Assembly (NCBI GenBank): GCA_937906485.1
Contig: CALCYB010000083.1
Location: 1 to 55,864, forward strand
Length of the DNA: 55,864 nt
Direction of reading: 5' to 3'
Source: an uncultured Rikenellaceae bacterium
Lineage (GTDB): Bacteria > Bacteroidota > Bacteroidia > Bacteroidales > UBA932
In this document: piece by piece, positions 46,721 to 55,864 of the stretch
How positions within the stretch are numbered: position 1 is the first letter of the stretch
Layout: each line of letters begins with the position of its first letter
Notes under the pieces: generated by a model
Told to the model about the DNA's origin: nothing
Databases searched by the model: none
Seen by the model: only the letters and a program-made list of their open reading frames with translations
Translations under genes and position numbers: made by a program

Positions 46721-47815
46721 TTAGTACAATATAGAGTTACAACATCCGAACCTTATTCTCCACAGATTTATATCGTTTATATCTGAAAACTCTGAGGATT
46801 TATCTCTGAAGCCCATTTGCATATATCCGTGTTTAATAAACCCATAGTGGCGTAGTTTTTTTTCTGTCCTTTTGTTATTGGTTACGGTTAAGACACGATA
46901 ACAATCTTTTGAGAAGGTCTCTAAAGACAATAGATTTATATCTGCCTCACTGAGATTGTCATCAATTGTAGCCCACTCACACACTGTTCCATTTATCATT
47001 CTGCAGTTAGTTATATCAAGCCGTCTACGCTCCTTAGTCAGAAAGAACCCAATAGGCCTATTACCTCTATCGTATATAGCATAAAATTTTTGGATATCCT
47101 CCCTATGACCTGACAAATTATGGTCTAAACACCACTGCAACCATTTTGTATCATGATATTCAGCATATTTGTGACCATCATTCAGACACATCTTTCCAGC
47201 CCATTCTGGAACATCATGCAATTGATTGATGGTATAATATCTCTTTAAGTATTTTAATCTTATTTTATTTGGAACATCAAGTGTCTTAATTAGGGCATTC
47301 GTCAAAGTTTTCAACACATTTAATGGAAGCCCAACAAAACCACGACATGCAAAGGCTGCTTCAGAATTAATTACTTTGACATATTCAGGAAAATCAAATA
47401 TGGTACAACTCTTTTCTTTTTTTCTCATTATTGACAGAAATGAGGGTGATAATAATGAGAATAGATAAAAAGGATATTCATCATTATACAAGCAATAATC
47501 TCTCATACGTGAGCCAATTCCTCTACCCCTATACTCTTTACAAACCTCTATACTACCCATTGACTGGGAAATAACGAAAGAATTATCCACTTTGATTTTT
47601 GTGCCAAATAATAGCATTCTTGCTACAACAATATCTCCATCCAAAGTTAATAGTAACGTTGTTTTATGGTTGTCACATTTAGTTGGACATTGTAGAATTG
47701 TTGCTCGTAAATCTTCATTTATAAATGAATTCAAACTATACTTATCTTTATATCTTAGATAATTTTTGTTAACGAATTCATCGTGTGTAATATTAATTAT
47801 TCTAATATCAGCCAT
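46721..47815 (-). CDS. GNAT-like acyltransferase (two-lobed, FemAB-like size)
   Basis: Acetyl-CoA loop motif EYRGRGIGSRM. The ATG is at 47815 (the track start is TTG). Otherwise unrecognised. Confidence 0.55.
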   Translation of the reverse strand: MADIRIINITHDEFVNKNYLRYKDKYSLNSFINEDLRATILQCPTKCDNHKTTLLLTLDGDIVVARMLLFGTKIKVDNSFVISQSMGSIEVCKEYRGRGIGSRMRDYCLYNDEYPFYLFSLLSPSFLSIMRKKEKSCTIFDFPEYVKVINSEAAFACRGFVGLPLNVLKTLTNALIKTLDVPNKIRLKYLKRYYTINQLHDVPEWAGKMCLNDGHKYAEYHDTKWLQWCLDHNLSGHREDIQKFYAIYDRGNRPIGFFLTKERRRLDITNCRMINGTVCEWATIDDNLSEADINLLSLETFSKDCYRVLTVTNNKRTEKKLRHYGFIKHGYMQMGFRDKSSEFSDINDINLWRIRFGCCNSILY

Positions 47816-47829
47816 TAGTTGCAAGTCAT

Positions 47830-49038
47830 TTATTTGGCAAAATCTCCCAAGTAAGCGTAGGGATCAGTCAACATACCATCACGAATAATAGTCGCACCTT
47901 CAATTACAGAATTTTTAGCAGAAAAGTCCGTAAGCATGGGTTTAAAAACATGCTCAATAAGCATATCACCAAAATACTCGCTTGAATCCAACGCCAAGGC
48001 ATTCGGGCAAGTATCTACTGCCATTACACTTATATTATTATCTGAAGTGAAAGCGCCCTCTTCTCGCCCTGTTATAGGATTATAGTCGAAATACGGATTA
48101 GCATGAGTAGAGGATCGAACAGTGGACTTGATACTACCCATAATATCACACGTAACATCACCAATCATACGGATACGTAAATCCTCTCTGCGCAAATCAT
48201 CAACATCTAAGTATACAGGGGCGTCTGGAGCCCAAAAGTGTGCACAAATCAACACATCAGTAACTTTAGCAAACTTAAAGAAGTCACTTTCATAGTCATG
48301 AACATTTGCTGAAAAATCAGACCATGTAAACTTCTTCCGATCCTTATGTTTAACCAAACGATCAACATCTGCCACACAATAAGTAAGCTCATTAACAGTT
48401 TCTACTGATAGATACTCCTGCTCATCTATTTTATTTGCACCAATTTGGTTCAGGACAAATTGTGCACCTTGCGAAACGCGTCCCGCACCTGTCACCAAGA
48501 GTTTAACCCTAGGGAGCTCTATTTTATTTAAGGAATCCAGGAGTTGCTTAATAGTGAATCTAAGGTCCGGTTGTGGTAACTCATATAGCTTATATTTCAA
48601 ACCATAACCACGGAGTGTATAATACACTCCTACTACACCTGCCCACCATCCGAATGCACAAACCCGCTTACCTCCCTGATCTACGAGATATTCATAGTCT
48701 GAAAATGTTATTCTTTTTTCAATCATAGCTTTTATAAGTGGCCGATTGTATTCTTGCATTTTAGCTATATGACCAAAGAAGAAATAATGCTTTTGTGGTA
48801 AGATTGATTCAATGGCCGCTTCTTTAATACCAAATAAAATATCGCAGTCATTTAAATCTTTAACTACTTGTATTCCGAATGCCCGATACTCATCGTCTGA
48901 ATATGCACGAACATCACTTGATTCAACAACGATTTCTACCCCCATATAACTATCCATTAACATCCTTGCCTGTGAAGGGGTTAATGCGACTCTATTATCA
49001 ATAGGAGTCTTTGTTTCTCTAATTAATCCAATTTTCAT
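47830..49038 (-). CDS. AlaDH/PNT-family dehydrogenase, saccharopine/opine dehydrogenase-like
   Basis: MKIGLIRETKTPIDNRVALTPSQARMLM...VVESSDVRAYSDDEYRAFGIQVV resembles the saccharopine dehydrogenase (L-lysine-forming)/alanine dehydrogenase N-terminus. A Rossmann loop VTGAGRVSQGA is present. ATG 49038 is preferred. Confidence 0.65.
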   Translation of the reverse strand: MKIGLIRETKTPIDNRVALTPSQARMLMDSYMGVEIVVESSDVRAYSDDEYRAFGIQVVKDLNDCDILFGIKEAAIESILPQKHYFFFGHIAKMQEYNRPLIKAMIEKRITFSDYEYLVDQGGKRVCAFGWWAGVVGVYYTLRGYGLKYKLYELPQPDLRFTIKQLLDSLNKIELPRVKLLVTGAGRVSQGAQFVLNQIGANKIDEQEYLSVETVNELTYCVADVDRLVKHKDRKKFTWSDFSANVHDYESDFFKFAKVTDVLICAHFWAPDAPVYLDVDDLRREDLRIRMIGDVTCDIMGSIKSTVRSSTHANPYFDYNPITGREEGAFTSDNNISVMAVDTCPNALALDSSEYFGDMLIEHVFKPMLTDFSAKNSVIEGATIIRDGMLTDPYAYLGDFAK

Positions 49039-49046
49039 AGTTACAA

Positions 49047-50297
49047 TTATTTTGACAATGAATCTATAATTTCTTGTGACGTTAATTTGCAAAATACAGA
49101 ACACGTCTCAACATTAGTTTCTACCTTCAATGTTTCGTTTACCATATTAACATCATCAATAATAGATGCTAAATCTTCAGCATAGAAGGTACACATTGCA
49201 ATTTTATTAGGTTTATTTCCAACAACATACCCAGGATACAGATTCGGAACATATGTTACAACTTCTTTAATGTTTTTCACCAACTCTTCGCCAATAACAC
49301 GATTAACAACATCTCCTTCATTACTTCTAAAGTAGATATTATATGTTACAGCATATCCTCTATCATTGGTGATTTCTGTATTCACCTTATAGTCATCACC
49401 GACAGCATACTTAATCATGCATGATAAGTAATCAATGCCCTCGCTAGCTCTTTGATAATCAAAAGAGTGACCGCCGCCTAATCGAAATCCTGTTTCAAAC
49501 ACATAGAACCTACCATTCCGGTAGAAAAATGAAATATTTGCTACCCCACATTTCATTCCCAAACTCATCAGCATCGTTCTAACATTCTCGTGTACTTGAT
49601 CTATATACTCCGTTTCATATTTAGATGGAAATGTCCAGGCTTTCTGCATTGTTTCATAACCCTTTTGCTTTGTCAACATGGTTGTATCGCAAGTTTCAAT
49701 TAGTATAGCATCTGTCTCTGAAATATAATACGAGCAGTCGAACTTAACACCATCTCCGATAAAATCCTCCACAACGACATTTTTTGATGGAGACATCGAA
49801 TATGCATATGCGAGAAATTCTTTGTACTCAACTTCATTATATGCTACATTAATACCGATACTTCCACCCCTATCTGTTGGCTTGATAATAACTGGGAACT
49901 TTATATCCGCAGAATTAGGATTATATTCGTTAACTATGGGCACACCAAATTGCTTACATAGTTTCTTGAACTTATTTTTGTCCCTTGTTATCTCCAACTG
50001 TTCGCTATTAATATAGCACGGCAAATTAAGTCTCTTACACATTTCTATCATACTCTCAACCCTAAACTCGCTAAAACCCGCCATTATTCCATCTATACCA
50101 ACTTCTCGACACTTCTGCTCTAAGACATCATAATCAACCCAACTGATATTCCATGCTTCATTTGCAACCAATTTAGCTGGAGTAATATTTTTATCGGTAT
50201 AATAATCTGTAGTTATCACATAGTAACCCATTGATTGAGCGATCTTAATTACATCTACCTCCGCATTTGAGGATCCAATAATTAATATTTTTTTCAT
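49047..50297 (-). CDS. ATP-grasp domain protein
   Basis: KKILIIGSSNAEVDVIKIAQSMGY pre-ATP-grasp region, FPVIIKPTDRGGSIGI and FETGFRLGGG. Confidence 0.8.
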   Translation of the reverse strand: MKKILIIGSSNAEVDVIKIAQSMGYYVITTDYYTDKNITPAKLVANEAWNISWVDYDVLEQKCREVGIDGIMAGFSEFRVESMIEMCKRLNLPCYINSEQLEITRDKNKFKKLCKQFGVPIVNEYNPNSADIKFPVIIKPTDRGGSIGINVAYNEVEYKEFLAYAYSMSPSKNVVVEDFIGDGVKFDCSYYISETDAILIETCDTTMLTKQKGYETMQKAWTFPSKYETEYIDQVHENVRTMLMSLGMKCGVANISFFYRNGRFYVFETGFRLGGGHSFDYQRASEGIDYLSCMIKYAVGDDYKVNTEITNDRGYAVTYNIYFRSNEGDVVNRVIGEELVKNIKEVVTYVPNLYPGYVVGNKPNKIAMCTFYAEDLASIIDDVNMVNETLKVETNVETCSVFCKLTSQEIIDSLSK

Positions 50298-50318
50298 TTC
50301 TGTTTTCCCCCTATGTAT

Positions 50319-51392
50319 TTATCGCTTGACTTTTTCGAAAACATCCTCACCATCTAAAATAATTGGTTCCACATCAACATCCCGTAAGAAAACATACGGT
50401 TTATCATATTGATAATATTGGTCTCTGACCACGTTGTCCGCATTACCATCCTCCATAATGCGAATAGTATCTTCAATTAAATCAAAACCGACTCTCGCCA
50501 TAACACCAGCATAGGCCATATGACGGATATTCACTTCAGTAACCTTCAAATTCCCACCATTATCTTCTTTCAAATCAAACGACAATATGCCGTGAGCTGG
50601 AACTTCTAATTTTGATTCTAAATATTTGATACACCTATCACAGAACTCATTGATACGTTTCTCATTTAAGAAACGTGCAAAGGCTGTATTACCTGTCACT
50701 TTAGAGGGCGAAGTATTGGCCATTACATATTCCGCACATTCCAAAGCAGCTCCCTTCACATATTCACCATTATAATAGAGCATTTCATTTGCCAAATGTC
50801 TACCCGTCAAAAATTCACTAACTGTAAACTCGGAAATTTGACTGTTAATAAATAGCCACGATCGATAACTACTTATATCCTCCAACTTTAGTGAACCTAA
50901 TCCTCCTGTACCATTTGTGGCCCGAATCCAGCACGGAAATCCGATTTCTCTCTCAACATCATTGTAACGTGGATTTTCTTGTGTCACCTTAATAGTTTTT
51001 GGTATAAATTCTGTCCCTCTTAGTAATTCAGCCATTATAGCTTTATCCTTCAATGAAATAGAGAGCTTCTTTGAGCCCATAAAAACAGGACAGGGATACT
51101 TACCATATTTGTCGTAGTAGTCGCCCCATGCAACAATCTCACTTTCAGGCTGAACAAATGCATAATCAATATTTTGTTCCTCCACTAATTTTTCTATCCA
51201 AGGAAAATAAGCTTCATCATTACATCTAGGACAAATATAATAATCATCCAGTAGATTGTCCATGAAGAAACCGATTGCTTTCTTGTTTATATCAATACCG
51301 ATAATCTTATAATCAGGATGATTTTTCCTAATAATCGTCGTTATTGATCGAGGAGTTAGGCCTCCAATACCTGTTACCAAAATTGTTTTCAT
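50319..51392 (-). CDS. ATP-grasp domain protein (second copy, divergent)
   Basis: ILVTGIGGLTPRS start, FPCWIRATNGTGGLG and VTEVNIRHMA. Confidence 0.7.
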   Translation of the reverse strand: MKTILVTGIGGLTPRSITTIIRKNHPDYKIIGIDINKKAIGFFMDNLLDDYYICPRCNDEAYFPWIEKLVEEQNIDYAFVQPESEIVAWGDYYDKYGKYPCPVFMGSKKLSISLKDKAIMAELLRGTEFIPKTIKVTQENPRYNDVEREIGFPCWIRATNGTGGLGSLKLEDISSYRSWLFINSQISEFTVSEFLTGRHLANEMLYYNGEYVKGAALECAEYVMANTSPSKVTGNTAFARFLNEKRINEFCDRCIKYLESKLEVPAHGILSFDLKEDNGGNLKVTEVNIRHMAYAGVMARVGFDLIEDTIRIMEDGNADNVVRDQYYQYDKPYVFLRDVDVEPIILDGEDVFEKVKR

Positions 51393-51395
51393 AAC

Positions 51396-52442
51396 TTATC
51401 TGCTATTTTTAATAATGCCTATTAATCTTTGCATATCAGACTTATCATATCTTTGATCACACACAATGGATAATTCTTTTTCAAACAAGCCGTTAGCAGT
51501 CATATCTTGCTTAACATAGGAACATTTAGGCCAATGTATCGGGCAATATATCTGCTGATTTATCAGAACGTCCCTCACTCTATCTCGTTCTTCTTTTGAT
51601 TTAAATAATATGGGCACAAATAATGGGATATCTTCTTCATTCAAATCAAACATATAGTGGAACCTATCATCATTTTTCAATGCTTCATGAATAAAATATG
51701 CATTATCCCTACGCTTTGATTTTATTGATTCTTTGTCGATATTCTCCCACAATGAATATGATGTGATATCCATTTTATACATATGATAATCTCGCTTTAA
51801 AAATTCATTGAACTCTTTAAAAAGATTCAAAAAGTCATCTTTGGATATTGATGTATCGCCATTTATATATTTTCCTTTATATTTCATCGCTTTTAATTTG
51901 AGTGAAACATATGGACAATCCTTTAATTCTATATTTATTGGATGGGGACTTTTAAAAATATACGCCCCTCCTACAACATTACACCATTTCCTAATACTAG
52001 CGAAAGAGTAATCTGAGTATTCTTCAACTTTTTCATTATCCAAAAACAATGAATGGGTTTTATCATAGATAATAATGGATCCCTTTTGACGAAAACAAGA
52101 CAAAAGATTTTCATCAATTAGTGATTGATAGCCAAAGTAATTAGAAATATACAATATGCTTACTGAATGATTTGAATCTATTAGGAAGTTTAATGACTTG
52201 CCGTCATGAACTACATCATAAAAATCAACAGCTATTCCTCTAGTCAAAAATGGAAGTACCATTGACTCACAGCAATAGGCCGGTAAATATGCATTTTTCA
52301 CATCAGTATTCTCCATAACCTGTTGCAGTATAGCATCAATTACTGTTCTTCCTGAAAGAAAATATCCATTTGGAACTTTAGTATTTATTCGTAAATGATC
52401 AGCCTCGTCGGTCAACCAAAATTCACTACCAATTTCTTGCAT
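51396..52442 (-). CDS. DegT-fold PLP-dependent-like enzyme (divergent)
   Basis: The GSEFW start, LPAYCCESMV and the SFASIRKW Lys motif resemble the aminotransferase fold. This is a weak call. Confidence 0.45.
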   Translation of the reverse strand: MQEIGSEFWLTDEADHLRINTKVPNGYFLSGRTVIDAILQQVMENTDVKNAYLPAYCCESMVLPFLTRGIAVDFYDVVHDGKSLNFLIDSNHSVSILYISNYFGYQSLIDENLLSCFRQKGSIIIYDKTHSLFLDNEKVEEYSDYSFASIRKWCNVVGGAYIFKSPHPINIELKDCPYVSLKLKAMKYKGKYINGDTSISKDDFLNLFKEFNEFLKRDYHMYKMDITSYSLWENIDKESIKSKRRDNAYFIHEALKNDDRFHYMFDLNEEDIPLFVPILFKSKEERDRVRDVLINQQIYCPIHWPKCSYVKQDMTANGLFEKELSIVCDQRYDKSDMQRLIGIIKNSR

Positions 52443-52474
52443 TATAATATTAATTATTCGTCACAAGGATAACA

Positions 52475-53149
52475 TTATAATCTACCTGATTTATTTTTTG
52501 TGGTCTCAATTAAATCAAATCTACCAGCTTTCCTCCACTCGTCTTCCCTAAAGTCATAAAGACTTATTACACCACTTGTTTCCACGCCAACGCTTTCTTT
52601 CTTAATCACTTTGTAAAATGTTAAGAAAAGAATTCTTAGGTCTATTAAAATGGAGAGATTTTTAACATATTCTACATCTAGTTGAAGTTTCTGCCCCCAA
52701 TTAATGGACTTACGACCATTCACTTGTGCCCAACCAGAGATTCCTGGTCTTACTGTGTGACGTAAACGTTCTTCTTCTGTATAGTATACTAAATAAGTCT
52801 TAGGTAGTGGTCTAGGACCGATTAAAGACATATCACCTTTTAGCACATTTATCAACTGAGGCAACTCATCAATCGATGTTGATCTAATAAATCTTCCAAC
52901 GGCAGTCAATCGCATTGCATCTGGCAACAATTCACCGCAACTATCCCTCTCATCTGTCATGGACTTAAACTTAATTATTCGAAAAGGCCTTTCATTTAAA
53001 CCTATTCTTTCCTGTGTAAAAAACGCTCCTGCCCCTTTATTAGCGAAATGAAGCCAGATTGTGATTATCAACAGAATTGGCCAGATAATAAGCAGAACGA
53101 CAAAGACAATTGTAAAATCAAGCAATCGTTTAAAGAATTTTTTGTACAT
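52475..53149 (-). CDS. Undecaprenyl-phosphate sugar-phosphate transferase (small monotopic PGT, PglC/WcaJ C-terminal type)
   Basis: One N-terminal re-entrant helix, then FRIIKFKSM, SIDELPQLINVLKGDMSLIGPRP and PGISGWAQVNGR. Confidence 0.92.
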   Translation of the reverse strand: MYKKFFKRLLDFTIVFVVLLIIWPILLIITIWLHFANKGAGAFFTQERIGLNERPFRIIKFKSMTDERDSCGELLPDAMRLTAVGRFIRSTSIDELPQLINVLKGDMSLIGPRPLPKTYLVYYTEEERLRHTVRPGISGWAQVNGRKSINWGQKLQLDVEYVKNLSILIDLRILFLTFYKVIKKESVGVETSGVISLYDFREDEWRKAGRFDLIETTKNKSGRL

Positions 53150-53420
53150 GACTTAATACTTATTATTTCTTCTATTCAAGATATTCATTTTTAAAAGTTC
53201 ATTAACTGTCCGGACTATCTCAGTACCTGCTCCATGTCGTATCCCCCTCTATTGAATGACGCAATCCATCCAATGATTCAGCACATCATCCCCAATAAAC
53301 ACACCCGTGTCTATAATTAATTCCGAAACCTACAAACAAAATCATCTGCTGATTTGGGCTTTGTTTGAAATGACAAATAATCAGGACTAGGAAATAGCGA
53401 GCGGAGAAAATGATGATATA

Positions 53421-54638
53421 TTATAACTTACAATGCCGTACGATTGTGTCATATGTGTGCTGAACAGTATAATTATTCAAATAAAACTGATATCCGTTCT
53501 CTCCCATCTGTTTAAAGTCCGAAACCAACATTTTTTCCACAACACGAACAAAGTCATCAATGGAATTACTCGGACACCAATATCCATATCCATTCTCTTC
53601 TGCAATTGATCCGGTGTCGCAATTCGGGTCTGTAACTGCAATAATCGGTTTTCTACTCATAAGATATGGAAGTAATCTTGACGGATAATTCGGAATGGTA
53701 AAACGATAATCCAAAAAAATAAGACCAATATCGCACGCATTGGCCAAGCAATCATAATCTTCTTTAGGAATGTGTTTAAATAACGATACTGCCTTTGGAG
53801 AGGCAGTTGTCACCCAAGATTCAAACTTAGAATATTCTGTACCACTCCCCACAATAACAAAATAACAATCATTGCGATCTTGAACAGCTTTCATGCATTC
53901 GATGAGAAAAGATATCCCTTGTGGACGTCCCATGTTTCCACCATAGATAAATACGGGTTTATCTATGGGCAGATTATATTTTCTACGTACCTCTTCTCTA
54001 CTTAATGTAGTGGCACACCTACCCACTACATCATAAGAGTTCGGTGCCACTTCAACAATCCGAGAATCAATCTCGGGATTATGTTCTAGAACATATCTCA
54101 CATTGGCAGGACTCATACAACCAATGTAGTCAGATATGCGATATAAGGTTTTCTCTTTCTTTCGAAATGATCTATACAGGAATCCCTTTATTCCAGACTT
54201 AGATAGCATGCCAATATCAACAGCATTCTGCGGAAAAATATCTTTTAAAAGAAGATAGGAGACTACATCCGGATTATGCCTTTTAACATACTTAATCACC
54301 TTATTAAAGGTAATTGGAGGCGTTGAATATAAAATCAAATCAAATTTTACATGCCCAAAGTTCTTTTTTAACGCATGCATATACTGGGATTCCAATAATA
54401 CCTGACCTAATCCTTTTTCTATAACATTGGTTTTAGTGAGATTCATTGTCTTTACTCCAAGCAGATGCATTCGATTATTTTCTATCAGTCTGGTTGGTAT
54501 CCCTTCTCTCCTTTGATGCGGATAAATAACATAGACGTTATGCCCCTCATCTCGGAATTTACGCATTAAATCTGTATAGATACCTGATTGCTGGATGTTA
54601 GCCATGCCCGAAGACATAGTGAGGAATAGGAGATTCAT
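53421..54638 (-). CDS. GT4-family glycosyltransferase (WbuB-like)
   Basis: The IYTDLMRKFRDEGHNVYVIYP N-terminus and GT-B fold length. The C-terminal E-x7-E region is plausible. Confidence 0.75.
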   Translation of the reverse strand: MNLLFLTMSSGMANIQQSGIYTDLMRKFRDEGHNVYVIYPHQRREGIPTRLIENNRMHLLGVKTMNLTKTNVIEKGLGQVLLESQYMHALKKNFGHVKFDLILYSTPPITFNKVIKYVKRHNPDVVSYLLLKDIFPQNAVDIGMLSKSGIKGFLYRSFRKKEKTLYRISDYIGCMSPANVRYVLEHNPEIDSRIVEVAPNSYDVVGRCATTLSREEVRRKYNLPIDKPVFIYGGNMGRPQGISFLIECMKAVQDRNDCYFVIVGSGTEYSKFESWVTTASPKAVSLFKHIPKEDYDCLANACDIGLIFLDYRFTIPNYPSRLLPYLMSRKPIIAVTDPNCDTGSIAEENGYGYWCPSNSIDDFVRVVEKMLVSDFKQMGENGYQFYLNNYTVQHTYDTIVRHCKL

Positions 54639-54651
54639 TCAAATTCTAAAC

Positions 54652-55713
54652 TTATTTTGATATAAAAGAATAAATACTATCTTCCCAAATATGATAATCA
54701 TCTATGAATTGTTTCAACAAACTATTACATGATTTTTCGTATGATATGGGATCAAATTTATCTAAGTATCTCATCAACTCCTGAGCTAGATTATCACAAT
54801 TATTAATAGCAATCCCGATGTTGTATTTAGAAGTATAATTACCCTGGGTTGTATCTTTCGTTGTGATCATGGGCCTTTTATATATGAGGGAGTTATAAAA
54901 ACGATTTGATAAGGCTGAATCATGGGATGGTTTCCTTGGATAATATATATTTAGAAAAGTAGAATCCAATATGTACTCTTTCTCTTTTTCCTTAGGATAA
55001 TATCCTTCAAAGTATATATTTTTAGCCAATAGGTTAGTAGATAACTCCATTAAATCTGATGCTGAAGGGCCTTTTCCCACAAACTTTACCACAATATCAT
55101 CTCGGTTCACAAGCTCATTAATTACTTCCGCATTAGATTCGTAGTCTCTTATTCCACCTATAGTCAAAACCTCGATAGGTTTCCTCTTAACGATTACTTT
55201 TTCACGAGATTCTACAGCATTCTTCGCATCATTAATATTAAAATTGTGCGACAATATATATTTAAATCCAGTAGGAAGGTATTTTAGAAAACCTGTAGAT
55301 GAAATAACATTTATGTAACTATACCGCAATACTCTCTTAAATGGTCTCTTAAATAACTTCTTTTGTTCAATACTCAAATCCCTAAAATCAAATACATATT
55401 TTTGGGGATACCGTCTTTTTAGGTATCTTGAAAGAAAAATAGCAGACTGAGGTGTGAATACTATCACTTTATCATAGCATATGGTTTGTAACTTCTTTCG
55501 AACAAACCTAGCAAACTTCCAATATGCAATGGTTAAACTTACTCTATTTCGAGATTTTATGCAATATTCATATTGAATATCATTATTCTCATGACCATCT
55601 CTATTCCAAGATATGATATTATATTCAATATTTAACCTTTGCAGTAATTCGGTATAGATAGTGATATATGGACAAAACCAAACATTATTTGGCACAATGA
55701 GAGCTACTTTCAT
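54652..55713 (-). CDS. Putative glycosyltransferase
   Basis: 353 aa, GT-B-like layout (MKVALIVPNN...; VLTIGG...VKFVGKGP). Position is inside the polysaccharide operon. Confidence 0.55.
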   Translation of the reverse strand: MKVALIVPNNVWFCPYITIYTELLQRLNIEYNIISWNRDGHENNDIQYEYCIKSRNRVSLTIAYWKFARFVRKKLQTICYDKVIVFTPQSAIFLSRYLKRRYPQKYVFDFRDLSIEQKKLFKRPFKRVLRYSYINVISSTGFLKYLPTGFKYILSHNFNINDAKNAVESREKVIVKRKPIEVLTIGGIRDYESNAEVINELVNRDDIVVKFVGKGPSASDLMELSTNLLAKNIYFEGYYPKEKEKEYILDSTFLNIYYPRKPSHDSALSNRFYNSLIYKRPMITTKDTTQGNYTSKYNIGIAINNCDNLAQELMRYLDKFDPISYEKSCNSLLKQFIDDYHIWEDSIYSFISK

Positions 55714-55719
55714 CTTTTA

Positions 55720-55864
55720 TTAATTCATAAATTGCACTAATATACGCTGAGATGCTTCCCCATCCCCATAAGGATTAACCGCCTTGCTCATTTCGTCATA
55801 TGCTGCTTCATCATCAATGAGATGTGAAACCTCGTTTACAATTTTGTTGTAATCAGTTCCAACA
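55720..55864 (-). CDS. wecB: UDP-N-acetylglucosamine 2-epimerase (non-hydrolysing), C-terminal 47 codons; 5' part runs off the right edge
   Basis: My translation reads ...VGTDYNKIVNEVSHLIDDEAAYDEMSKAVNPYGDGEASQRILVQFMN*. NPYGDG.AS.RI is the WecB C-terminal signature. Confidence 0.75.
   Translation of the reverse strand, partial: VGTDYNKIVNEVSHLIDDEAAYDEMSKAVNPYGDGEASQRILVQFMN

Noticed and set aside
1-55864. A search by eye for tRNA, rRNA, tmRNA and CRISPR arrays, for example GGTTCGAATCC-type T-arms and regularly spaced repeats.
   Set aside because: None was found. Visual scanning is insensitive, so tRNAscan-SE, Infernal and a CRISPR finder should confirm this.

Overview
This is a Bacteroidales-type chromosomal segment. 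The Bacteroidetes -7 promoter box TAnnTTTG sits upstream of many genes, and the window carries type V (Mfa-like) pilus genes and GLUG-repeat lipoproteins. I found no rRNA, tRNA or CRISPR array by eye. G+C-rich housekeeping genes make up the backbone: a partial P-type ATPase, valS, kdsC, maf, recQ, pckA, an mtaD-like deaminase with a purine nucleoside phosphorylase, ADP-forming acetyl-CoA synthetase, the korDABG 2-oxoacid:ferredoxin oxidoreductase, and rfbAB. Three accessory regions interrupt this backbone. (1) 9.9-15.8 kb holds two adjacent giant GLUG-repeat lipoproteins. (2) ~24.3-33.2 kb is an AT-richer island with a membrane protein, a tyrosine recombinase and a five-gene type V pilus operon. 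A perfect 14-bp inverted repeat flanks 174 bp between the recombinase and the operon. (3) 45.0-55.9 kb is a surface-polysaccharide locus on the minus strand, very AT-rich from 46.7 kb onward. The most interesting signal is a terminator-insulated cassette at 38.87-44.93 kb (minus strand), wedged between the polysaccharide genes and rfbAB. It encodes a TIR-STAND NTPase-TPR protein, a 35-codon micro-ORF with an ATGA start/stop overlap, a stand-alone SIR2_2-type protein and a two-domain KaiC/RecA-like ATPase. It combines the two NADase hallmarks of Thoeris (TIR and SIR2) in an architecture that matches no named defence system I know. I propose it as a candidate new NAD+-targeting anti-phage system. 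All domain calls come from motif reading of the translations, with no database search run.
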